A DNA stretch of 64,000 bases from Pristiophorus japonicus (taxonomy: Eukaryota). Shown here in pieces: positions 22,705 to 33,672 of the stretch. A program made the position numbers and the translations under genes. Each line of letters opens with the position of its first letter. Position 1 is the stretch's first letter. The notes below the pieces were generated by a model, which searched no databases, had not been told where the DNA came from, and saw only the letters and a list, made by a program, of their open reading frames with translations. Where the stretch lies: positions 31,434,001-31,498,000 of the forward strand of contig NC_091981.1 in NCBI RefSeq assembly GCF_044704955.1, written 5' to 3'.

Positions 22705-24347
22705 AAGAAATAAGAACATAAGTAATAGGAGCAGGAGTAGACCATTTGGCCCCTCGAGCCTGCTCCACCATTCAATAAGATCATGGCTGATCTGATCATG
22801 GACTCAGCTCCACTTCCCTGCCCGCTCCCAATAACTCTTTATTCCTTTATCGCTCAAAAATCTGTCTATCTCCACCTTAAATATATTCAATGACCTAGCC
22901 TCCACAGCTCTCTGAGGCAGAGAATTCCATAGATTTAGAACCCTCTGAGAGAAGAAATTCTTCCTCATCTCAGTTTTAAATGGGCGGCCTCTTATTCTGA
23001 GACTATGCCCTCTAGTTCTAGTTTCCCCTATAAGTGGAAATATCCTCTCTGCATTCACCTTGTCGAGCCCCCTCATTATTTCATATGTTTCAATAAGATC
23101 ACATCTTATCCTTCTGAACTCGAATGTGTTTAGTCCCAACCTACGCAACCTATCTTCATAAGTCAACCCGCTCAACTCTGGAATCAACCTAGTGAACCTT
23201 CCATGAACTGCCTCCAATGCAAGTATATCCTTCCTTAAATATGGAAAGCAAAACTGTAAGCAGTACTCTAGGTGTGGCCTCACCCATACCCTGTACTGTT
23301 GTAGCAAGACTTCTCTGCTTTTATACTCCATCCCCCTTGCAATAAAGGCCAACATTCCATTTGCCTTCCTGATTACTTGCTGTACCTGCAGACTAACTTT
23401 TTGTGTTTCATGCACAAGGACCCCCAGGTCTCTCTGTACTGCAGCACTTTGCATTTTTTCTCCATTTAAATTATAATTTGCTTTTCTATTTTTTCTGCCA
23501 AAGTTGATAACCTCACAGTTTCCCACATTATACTCCATCTGCCAAATTTTTGCCCACTCACTTAGCCTGTCTATATCCTTTGCAGATTTTTTGTGTCCTC
23601 ACAATTTGCTTTCCCACCCATCTTTGTATCATCAGAAAACTTGGCTACATTACACGCGGCCCCTTCATCCAAGTCATTAATATAGATTGTAAATAGTTGA
23701 GGTCGCATCACTGATCCCTGCGGCACCCCACTAGTTACTGTTTGCCGACCGGAAAATGACCCAATTATCCCAACTCTCTGTTTTCTGTCAGTTAGCCAAT
23801 CCTCTATCCATGCTAATATATTATCCCCAACCCCGTGAACTTTTATCTTATGCAGTAACCGTTTATGTGGAATCGTTTTGAATGCCTTCTGGAAATCCAA
23901 ATACACCACATCCACTGGTTCCCCCTTATCCACCCTACTCATTACATCCTCAAAGAACTGTAGAAAATGTGTCAAACATGATTTCCCTTTCATAAAACCA
24001 TGCTGACTCTGCTTGACTGAATTATGCTTTTCCAAATGTCCTGCTACTGCTTCCTTAATAATAGACTTCAGGATTTTCCCAACGACAGATGTTAGGCTAA
24101 CTGGTCTATAGTTTCCTGCTTTCTGTCTGCCTCCTTCTTTAAATAGGGATTTTCCAATCTGCTGGGACCTCCCGAGAATCCAGGGAATTTTGGTTGATTA
24201 CAACCAATGCATCCACTATCTCTGCAGCCACTTCTTTTAAGACCCTAGGACGCAGGCCATCAGGTCAGGGGACTTGTCCACCTTTAGTCCCATTAGTTTG
24301 CCTAATACTTTTTCTCTAGTGATAGTGATTGTTTTAAGTTTCCCCTC
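22705..24347 (-). mobile_element. CR1 LINE, 5'-truncated (RT plus C-terminus)
   Basis: ORFs 23571-24035 and 22804-23538 with QHGF, YLDFQKAF, FSDDTK, RPHLEYC; 3' tail. Confidence 0.93.
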
Positions 24348-25095
24348 TGTATACGTGGAGACCTAAGAGATGATGGGATAGGTCTTTGTCTTTGCTGCCT
24401 GGTCATTGCACATCACCTGAGTAGCGCACAGAGAGGCCAATCAGCCTGAAATGATGTCTGCCCAATTTTTACACCATTCATCTAACTAGCTGGAAAATCA
24501 GTTGAGTTTTGTTAAAGGCATGTGATCAACCCAGCCAGATATCCCTCTCTGCGCTCTGTCCAGGCCAATGCTTAGCATCCGCATGGTAAAGAACAAAATC
24601 TAATCAGTGTTTGTTATTGGATTTTAAACTCTGCATGAACTGCAGACTGTTTCAGAATATGAAGAGGTAATTATTACATCATTTTCTGAAAGTACAGTCA
24701 ATAATGATGAACATAAACCGAAGAATTTACACCACTTTACTAAATACTTTTGGCCTGCATGTTAGCAAAGTCTCTTTCAATATTGCTGTAAGGCTATTTA
24801 TTTCTCATTAAACCAGGCAGCAGATATCATTTATGTCACTTATCTGACCTGATGCTGATGCATTCTAATTAACCCCTGGAGCTTAAATGATTGCCATCTC
24901 AAATCATAAGAAATATTTTCTTGGTACCTTCCTGTTCCATTTAATTGATTTGTTTATCCAAGTGTATGCTGTTTATCTTTGGCTGCCCTGTTCATGCCAT
25001 TTATTTATTTACGGATTGGTCTGATGGCTTTGACTTGTCCCCTATTTAAGTGCCATAGAACGAAGTGTTAGTCCTTAGACATCCATGTCTTGTTA

Positions 25096-25687
25096 ACAGG
25101 TTCCCACTGGTTCATGTCAACGAGACAACGATGTCTCCGCAAGATCCTACAAATCCCCTGGGAGGACAGACGCACCAACATCAGCGTTCTCAGCCAGACC
25201 AACATCCCCAGCATTGAAGCACTGACCACACTTGATCAGCTCCGCTGGTCAGGCTACATTGTTCACATGTCAGACACAAGACTCCCAAAGCAAGCGCTCT
25301 ACTCGGAACTCCTTCACGGCAAATGAGCCAAAGACGGGCAGAGGAAACGTTACAAGGACATCCTCAAATCCTCCCTGATAAAGTACAATATCCCCACTGA
25401 CATCTGGGAGTGCCTGGCCAGACACCGCCCTAAGTGAAGGAAGTGCATCCGGGAGGTGCTGAGCACCTCGAGTCTTTTAGCCGAGTGCATGCAGAAATCA
25501 AGCGCAGGCAGCAGAAAGAGCGCGCGGCAAACCAGTCCCACCCACCTCTTCCCTCAACGACAATCTGCCCCACCTGTGACAGAGTCTATAGTTCTCGTAT
25601 TTGACTGTTCAGCCACTTAAGGTCTCACTTCAGGAGTGGAAGCAAGTCCCCCTCGAATCTGAGGGACTGCCTATGATGATGTTGATG
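25096..25687 (+). mobile_element. RTE LINE 3' fragment with TSD, (GAT)n tail and short 5'-inverted piece
   Basis: QRCLRKILQIPWEDRRTN..RLPKQALYSELLHGK; tail ATGATGATGTTGATG; TSD ATGTCTTGTTA at 25085-25095 and 25685-25695. Confidence 0.9.
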
Positions 25688-25809
25688 TCTTGTTAGAGCC
25701 ACCTTTGATTCCAACAGTGCGATCACTCGCCAAGGTTGAACAGCTTACTTCCAAATCTTACATTAATTATTCCGAACACGTATCTCCCTGGATGCATCAC
25801 ATTCTTTTA

Positions 25810-26160
25810 GGTGTCAGCTTGGCTCAGTGGCAGCACTCCCGCCGCTTAGTCAAAAGATTCAAGTCCCACTCCAGAGACTAGGACACATAATCCAGGCTGA
25901 TACTTCAGTGCAGTACTGAGGGAATGCTGCACTGTCAGAGGTGCCATCTTTTGGGTGAGATGTTAAACCAGGGCCCCACCTGCCTTTGAGGTGATGCAAA
26001 AAATCGAAGAAGAGCAGAAGCGTTCTATTGCTATCCTGGCCAATATTTATCCCAAAACCAACAGCACGAACAGATTTTCTGGTCATTAATTTATCTTAAT
26101 TTAATTGTTGTTGATGGAACGTTTATGTGCGCAAATTGGCTGCCGTGTTTCCTGCGATTG
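25810..26160 (+). mobile_element. Deu-domain SINE (AmnSINE1/SacSINE1-like)
   Basis: A-box TGGCTCAGTGG, B-box-like TTCAAGTCC, core GCTGCACTGTCAGAGGTGCCATCTTT..GAGATGTTAAACC; family name recalled from memory. Confidence 0.7.
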
Positions 26161-27604
26161 ACGAATATCAATTAAAATTTAGAATGAGCTTGCATTTATG
26201 TATAATTGTTTATATAAAATCCTAAAGTACTTCACAGCCAATGAATTACTTTTGAGGTGCAGTCACCATTGTTATGTAAGTGAACGCAGCAGTCAATTTG
26301 CATGCAGCAAAGTCCAACAAATGAGAAGATTGACCAGTTAATCTATTTTGATGGCATTCGTTGAGGGATTGGTGTTAGGTATGGGTATATAACTTTCATG
26401 GGCCTGAAAAATGCAAACATTACTGTGAAAGGGTCTCCAGTGCCCTCTTGACCCATGTGGCCAGAAACCCAGGCTCTTACAACTAGGGTAAGGGATTTCC
26501 CAAGCCCCTCGCCAACACCTCCATGTTCCTCTTGGTATGTTTACCACCAAAACAATCATCCCTTTCTTCTGGGATCCAGGCTGCCTCCCTGATTTGAACC
26601 TCACTGGTTGGGGTCCACATTCACCCATCTGGAAACCGGTCAAATCACTCGGGTCACCAGCCGGCAGATAATCCAGTGTAGAGAATCCCTGTCCCTGGCT
26701 CTGCTATCCTCCCCCACAGGTAATACCTTCCTTGTAAGCAGTGAGCAAAGGTTCTGCCTCCCCACAAGGCAAGTCGTAAGCTCCTGGAAATGGCAGACAC
26801 CCGGGACAACCAGCTTTCCACTGTTTCCCGAGGAGGGTCGCAGTTCTGCTGATGTTCCAGCTCCTTATGTCACGATGAAGTCTGCAGTATGCAGACATGT
26901 AACTGCAGTGTAACGTAAGCTACAATTCTTAGCTGAATAATAAGGGCCCCCGAAACAAAGTCTTCGTGATAATGTGTTGTTTCTATAGCAACAGTAGGCT
27001 GCAGTTAGACATGGATGTCAAAGCAGCCTACTGCGCAACAAAACACATTTGTGTAATTTAATATTTTGAAATTAAAATGATCTGAAGGAGATCTTTGAAG
27101 CCTTGCAGTAACTAATATGTGAAGAGTTTCATCTGATGGGATACTCTATTCAAATGATAGCGTGGTAAAGAGTTGTTATGACACACACTCAAATCAGACT
27201 AGATTATGAGTAACCCTCTTTAGAAATGACTCACTAAAAGCACTAAACGTTTTAGAAATAGTAATTTCAAATGGAGATGACAAAGAACCAGATTTTCTAA
27301 ATGAATGTAAGTCCGTCATCTTGCCCTCTACTTCATTCCTGTTCTTACAGCACCACATCCCCTAACTCTCACACATTGGCCAAGCAGGCGCATGGCAATG
27401 GGGTTAGTTCCCTCCGGTGGATACATAAGCCTCACGTTTAGCCTCCCCCTCCTCCCCCCGGCAAAAATGGGGCCGGTTCGGGTTGGATACCCGTTTTACA
27501 CCCCACCTGATTTTACTCTCCATTAAAATCAACAGAGTAAAATCGTGCGCCATCTAAAATGGGCAGGGTCCGTTAAAATCAGGGCAATACACTATTGCAT
27601 GTTC

Positions 27605-27757
27605 TTAAGATCTACCTCTTCGACCTTGCTTTTGGTCATCTGTCCTAATGTCTTCTTAAGTGGCTCGGTGCTAAACTTTGTTTCATAACGCTCCTGTGAA
27701 ATGTCTAGGGAAGTTTTACAATGTAAAAGGTGTTATATAAATACAAGTTGTTGTTGT
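27605..27757 (+). mobile_element. L2-like LINE 3' tail fragment
   Basis: Ends TATATAAATACAAGTTGTTGTTG like 29262-29286 and 53140-53169. Confidence 0.65.
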
Positions 27758-28625
27758 ATTATTCCTTCTCTACTGCAGATCTACACACTACAGTTGTGAC
27801 TTAAAAGGACATGTGCAACTGGACATCTTGTTACAAATTGACTCAGATGTAGGTGACTCACTTAATGTGTTGTTTTATGAGGGTTATATAGAAAGAAAAT
27901 TGAAGCATTTATGACCTCAGGACATCCCAAAGTGCTTTACAGCCAATGAAATACTTTTCAAGTGTAGTCACTGTTGTAATGTAGCCTATTCTAATGATGC
28001 TATTGAGACAAAGGATTATTTTTTTAAAGGACTGTATATATCAGCTGAGCGCTGTTACATTCATTCAGATTGAAACCATTGATTAGTATAATATTTCCTT
28101 GTAACAGTTTTATTAAAGTAATTTCCAGCTCCTTAGACCTCCTGTTTATTTTTAAGTTTACTACTCACACGCTTTGAGATTTAAACAAATCTAATATTAC
28201 TGTGAAAGATCTACACTAATAAAAATAGTAGCTTTATTATTGTATTTACTCTAACCTACAAAAATAAATACTCACAACTTTAATAGTTTTCAATAAAAAT
28301 GAAATGCCATTTCCCCCATTTCTTTTTCTCCATTCCCTATCTCCTCTTTTTCTTCTTGCTACTTTATTTCTTATACTTTATCTATTCTAACCATTTATTT
28401 ATCTAAATATATATAAATAAGATGTAAACATTTTCCTTACCCTTTATAAAAATATTTTTCTCCTGATTCTTCTGGTCCATTTGGGAAGTTAATGCAACTT
28501 CTAAAAATTAGTCTTTGATTATCTAGTCATTATTCCATCGTTGTTTGTGGGAGTTTGTTGTGCGCGAATTAACTGCTGTGTTTCCCACATTACAACAGCG
28601 ACTATACTTCAAAAAGTACTTAATG

Positions 28626-29286
28626 GACTCCCACATCCTGCCCTACAATAAACTTGAGGTGATTCAAAACTCGGCTGCCCGTGTCCTAACTCACACCAAG
28701 TCCCGCTAACCCATCACCCCTGTGCTCGCTGACCTACATTGGTTCCCGGTTAAGCAACGCCTCGATTTCAAAATTCTCATCTTTGTTTCCAAATCCCTCC
28801 ATGGCCTCGCCCCTCCCTATCTCTGTAATCACCTCCAGCCCCACAACCCCACCAAAATGTCCTTGAACGTAGTGAAATGTCCCAAGGCGCTTTGCAGGAG
28901 TATTATGAGACAAAAAGTGTGACACCGAGCCACTTAAGGAGAACTTAGGGGCAGGTGAGGTATGTTTTAAAGAGCAACTTAAAGGAGGAAAGAGAGGTAG
29001 TGAGGCGGAGAGGTTAAAGCGCCCTCTTGAGCATCCCTGATTATAATCACTCAACCATTGGTGGCCTTCTGTTGCCTAGGCCCTAATTCGGAAATTCCCG
29101 GCCTAAACCTCTCTGTCTCTCTACCTCTCTTTCCTCCTTTAAGATGCTCTTTAAAACATACCTCACCTGCCCTAAGTTCTCCTTAAGTGGCTCGGTGTCA
29201 CACTTTTTGTCTCATAATACTCCTGCAAAGAGCCTTGGGACGTTTCACTACATTAAAGGTGCTATATAAATACAAGTTGTTGTTGT
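28626..29286 (+). mobile_element. L2-like LINE 3' end with internal inverted duplication
   Basis: IQNSAARVLT, ITPVLADLHWFPVKQRLDFKIL motif; (TTG)n tail. Confidence 0.85.
28861..29259. repeat. Inverted repeat, ~155-bp arms (28861-29015, 29106-29259), ~90-bp spacer
   Basis: Arms are reverse complements at roughly 90-95% identity by eye. Confidence 0.92.
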
Positions 29287-29976
29287 TCATTGGCTGTGAA
29301 GTGCTTAGGGATGGCCTGTATGTTGGTGTATAAATGCACGTTTTTCTTCCTTTTCTTTCTTTAAATCGAATGTCTAGTACAGACTACACAAGCAGATGAC
29401 GTACACAGAATTTTAAAATTCCGAATGCATTCATTTGAGCAAATACTTGGTTCCTGTATCTTTGACTGACAAATTTATCTTTCAAAATCCTAAAATGGCG
29501 GGTCTCAGAGAATCAGACTGTGCAGGTCCACTTCTCTGCTTAACTTCGTGCAGTTTTCCATTCTCTGGTGCTGGATTGACATTCTTGGCTGTTATTTCAT
29601 AGGTTAAATCATTTGAGAGGTGCATTACTGCAGGCATGTCCTGCTTGGTCAGGGTCTGCCAGTAAAGCCAACAGAATCTGAGAGAACAAACCCACCCAGC
29701 AGAAAACTGAAGTAATTAGCATTTCGAATCATTGCAGTTGAAATATAAAAAAAGCAAGATTAACAAACCAGCTTCCAAAGGCAGAAAACATCCCCTGATA
29801 TGAATTATAAGTGCTTAATCTAAATTCTAAATTTAAACTATCCCTGATCATACCAGGCGTTTTACAATGCTCTGATAGTCAACTGCAGCACCTGATATGG
29901 AAGTGACTGAGATATGATCATTTACATGACACAAAGATAAAGGCATTAGTCAGATTTCAATTCAGCAGGATATATA

Positions 29977-30718
29977 GGGCTAGAAATTTCGTAGCGCCTG
30001 GTTGGGGTGCTAACTTTTGACAAGTTGTAAGTTTAGCGCCAGTTGCTAATCAATCTCGACGCCCGCAAAATTGAGTCTGCGCTGAAAGAATGCAGGGCAG
30101 TGCTAAATCAGGTGCTAATGGCATAGGTGAGTGGCGTTAGGCTCCAAGCGTTAACGAGAATGAGGTGTTGTGTAATCGGGAGTGAGCATTGGTGAAAGCG
30201 CCTGTCTGCCATTAAAGGTGAGGGTCACTGGAGTCTGTACACCAGCCCTCAATGATTCAGGGAGTGCACATGGCGATATGCTGTGGGATGAAGTGCAAAG
30301 TCCTTTGACAGCCGGCAGCACTCCGGGAAATAAGCTGGCTGCAGACACATCATGCGCTCTCTGGCATGCATAAATGACCTTTGCAACAGAAGTACTGGGG
30401 CACATCCCTTTAAATAGCGTGCCACCAGCTGGCTTGTTCAGACCTCCGCTCCCAGCTCTGTCAGCGCGAGGCGGTAAGGCGGGGGACGCTACTGAAGTTT
30501 GCAGATCAGGCGCCCAGCGAGCGTTGCACACTCACTGATGTCACGATCTGCATGGCAAAAGATGCCGTGGTGCTAACTATTATCGCCGGTGCTACAGAGC
30601 CGGTGAATGTGACATGCGGCATGGGATTTGCCCCGCCGCAGCGCTACCACCTGAACATCCCGTTAGCACCCCCCACAGGCGCTAACAGAAGGCACTAAGC
30701 AGCCGAATTTCTCCTCCC
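29977..30718. mobile_element. Harbinger-type MITE
   Basis: Imperfect TIRs GGGCTAGAAATTTCG / CGAATTTCTCCTCCC; CpG-rich interior. Confidence 0.65.
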
Positions 30719-32264
30719 ATGATATGTACAGTCGAACTTGAAGTGGGAAGATAAATTTCCATGTCAGAAAGACCCTACAAACTATAATTCTTACCCAGAG
30801 TGCCAAATGAATCCTGCTGAACTTTGACCCTAACATATTTCAATGACTGTATATTAGGATGAGTTGATGTTTATTCAGATAGTTCAGTAGTCATACCTCA
30901 CGAGCTTAAGATTTGTAGAGTGTGTGTAGTGCAGATGCTGTTTACAAAGTAGCCTACCTGAGATAGCGCTCGCAAAATGTGTTCATACACTGACATTTCT
31001 ACCACATTGCTGCTAAAAGATTTTGATTTCTGGGGAATGGACAGAAAAGCAGGTGAGGAGGTAAGGTTTCCCTCTGTGGGAGACAATGGAGTAAAGTTCA
31101 TGGTGAAACTTTTTCCTGAAGGAAAATAAATACCATCCATGGAAAACCTGATGGAAGCTCTTCGTCCTGTTTGCCCTATAACATGTCATTCTGAAACACT
31201 GCATTGTCCTTTTAGAAGCTGAAACTTCTTTCCTCTTAAACTGCCGTCTAACATTATAAAGCACTCTAACTGCTGCTGCCCACCATAATTCATCTCTAAA
31301 TGATCCTTGATCAGAATCAGTTTGAATAACAACAGATACCACTTAAGTGATATTGCTGCATTTATCTGTGTTTTGGGATAGTTGCCTTTGTTCTTTTAAA
31401 TAGAAAGTGAGGCAATTATTCATGCAGCTTCATTGAGCTACTGAAGATCTGTTGCCATGGACAGATAGAGATCACAGCCGACTACAATATTTCTGAAACA
31501 AAGGCTTATGTGTCACAGGAGTTTTCTACAGAACTAATTTCAGATTAGACACGATTGCAGCAGCATACGTAGTAATAATTTACCTCTAATGACTTCAAGC
31601 TCTTGCAGTATATGTTGCAAGTTATCCCTCGATCTTCAATTCTTTGTGATCAATTAGCAACATTTTCCGCTGTAGGAAAGAACCAGGAATGATTCATGAG
31701 GAATAAATTAGAGCCATTGAGTTCATAGAGCAGATTAGAACACGCCTGAGAAACCATTTTTTGTGATGTAGAGGTTTGCATCTGTTTTCTTACTGTTTTT
31801 TTAGTTTGGACTGTGAGTTAACTCTTGGCGTTTGCACTGTTAACTGGACTCATAGACCCATACGTGGAGTAATTTGTGTATAATATTAAATCTGCAGCAA
31901 ACTGCTCTGAAAATTGAAAGACAACATTTTGCATCAGTGCTCTAAACTAATGAGAGGAAAAATAATCACTGCTGGATCTCTGTCTTGACTTAAGACAGTG
32001 GAAAAGGCTTGTAGCGATGTCATGTGAAGTTAGTGTTGTGGGATATGTGGTGCTCTCCATGACCAAATAGGCTGATGACACTCAACGGCTGGGCTTTATA
32101 CACTAAGAATGGACACTTGGATGAGATACTGAGGGGATGGTGATACCCATCGAACTATATGCCAGTGAGAGTCAGTGCCTTAAGGACCTTGGAGGATCTG
32201 GGTGCAGTACCTTTACTGAAGTTGCTGACTCTCAGTGGGGTACAGGTCCTGTATTCAACCCCTG

Positions 32265-32750
32265 TATCCCAGTGAGAGTCAGCCACTTCAGTAACGGTAC
32301 CCCAGGGAGGGTTAGCACCTTCGGTAACTATATTCTAGTGAGAGTCAGTGCCTTCAGGAACTGTACCCCAGTGAGAGTCAGTGCTTTCAGAAACTGTACC
32401 CCAGTGAGAGTGAGTGCCTTCAGAAACTGTACCCCAGTGAGAGTGAGTGCCTTCAGAAACTGTACCCCAGTGAGAGTGAGTGCCTTCAGAAACTGTACCC
32501 AGTGAGAGTCAGTGCTTTCAGAAACTGTACCCCAGTGAGAGTCAGTGCTTTCAGAAACTGTACCCAGTGAGAGTCAGCACCTTCAGGGACAGTACCCCAG
32601 TGAGAGTCAGCACCTTCAGGGACAGTACCCCAGTGAGAGTCACACTTTCAGGGACTGTACCCAGTGAGAGTCAGCACCTCCAGAGTCAGTACCCCAGTGA
32701 GAATCAGTGTCTTCAGGAACTGTACGCCAGTGAGAGTCAGCATCTTCAGG
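32265..32750 (+). repeat. ~30-bp tandem repeat CCAGTGAGAGTCAGTGCCTTCAGAAACTGTAC, about 16 units
   Basis: Direct reading; head-to-tail units without unique spacers. Confidence 0.93.
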
Positions 32751-32796
32751 AAACCGGCTGATGGTGCGTCATCAAATGATGTCATCAGACCCGTTT

Positions 32797-33243
32797 TGCA
32801 CTGGCTTCTGTAAGAATGTAGCTGGAGGCAAGCGGTAACTCTAACTTCACCAGCTGGTGTCAACCGCAACACCAAGAAATATGACCAAAGATCAGGGCTT
32901 CGGATTTCAAATCCTTTATGATGCGCGATGAACTTTAAGAATACAAAACAAGGAACATCACAAGATTTCTTGCAGTACACCATCAGGAACAATACAATAA
33001 TCCAAGAACAATCTGATAAAGCTGCAATAAAGAGAAATTATTTACTTAACTGTGGTTCTGGAGGGGTCTCATTAACAGGGATCTAATTCCTAACTAACAA
33101 TAAGGTAAACTTTAGCAGCAAAAGGTCCGTCTGTCCATGCTTCTTTTTCACTGTTTCCCAAATCCGAAGGCCGCCATCCTTTGGCGGAAAGCGGTAAAAC
33201 AGAGAATGGTGTCTCTGGGGTGTCACAAATGGCTCAACCCATC
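32797..33243 (-). repeat. BEL/Pao 3' LTR
   Basis: Colinear with 44520-44968; the last bases and the PPT are not recognisable. Confidence 0.88.
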
Positions 33244-33672
33244 TAAAAATAACAAGCATTGAATTTTTACTAATTAGTCAAACTATTATAGTTAGAGTTC
33301 AGCTCTCACTTGCTTGTGGGACCGACTTCGCGGAGGGTGCCTTCTGTATAAGTACGAGTTCTGAGATCGATCTCAGGTAGCTGTGATGCATGCTATCTGT
33401 AAAGTCCTGTCCCCTCAGTACAGATTCACACGAGGCATGTAGTGAAGTCAAGGTCACTCTGGACCTGCACCTTTATTTCACAGCTCTGGAATGCTGCACT
33501 TGCCTGAGACCTGTCCTTATATACCTGTCTCTTGTAAGTGCACCCCTGGTGGTAAGGTATGCTGGTGGTTACAGGTCATATCTTATTACAGTCATGTATA
33601 GCATGTTAGGATACAGTTATATATAATAATGTAAGATACATGACATCACCCTCCCCCAAGGTCTTATTGTCT

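Noticed and set aside
25810-25880. tRNA gene
   Set aside because: A/B-box-like SINE head with no intact cloverleaf
30898-31342. Two minus-strand ORFs and nearby plus-strand splice donors as host exons
   Set aside because: No recognisable domain and no convincing acceptor/donor pair
32265-32750. CRISPR-like array of ~30-bp repeats
   Set aside because: Head-to-tail units without unique spacers, no cas genes, eukaryotic context
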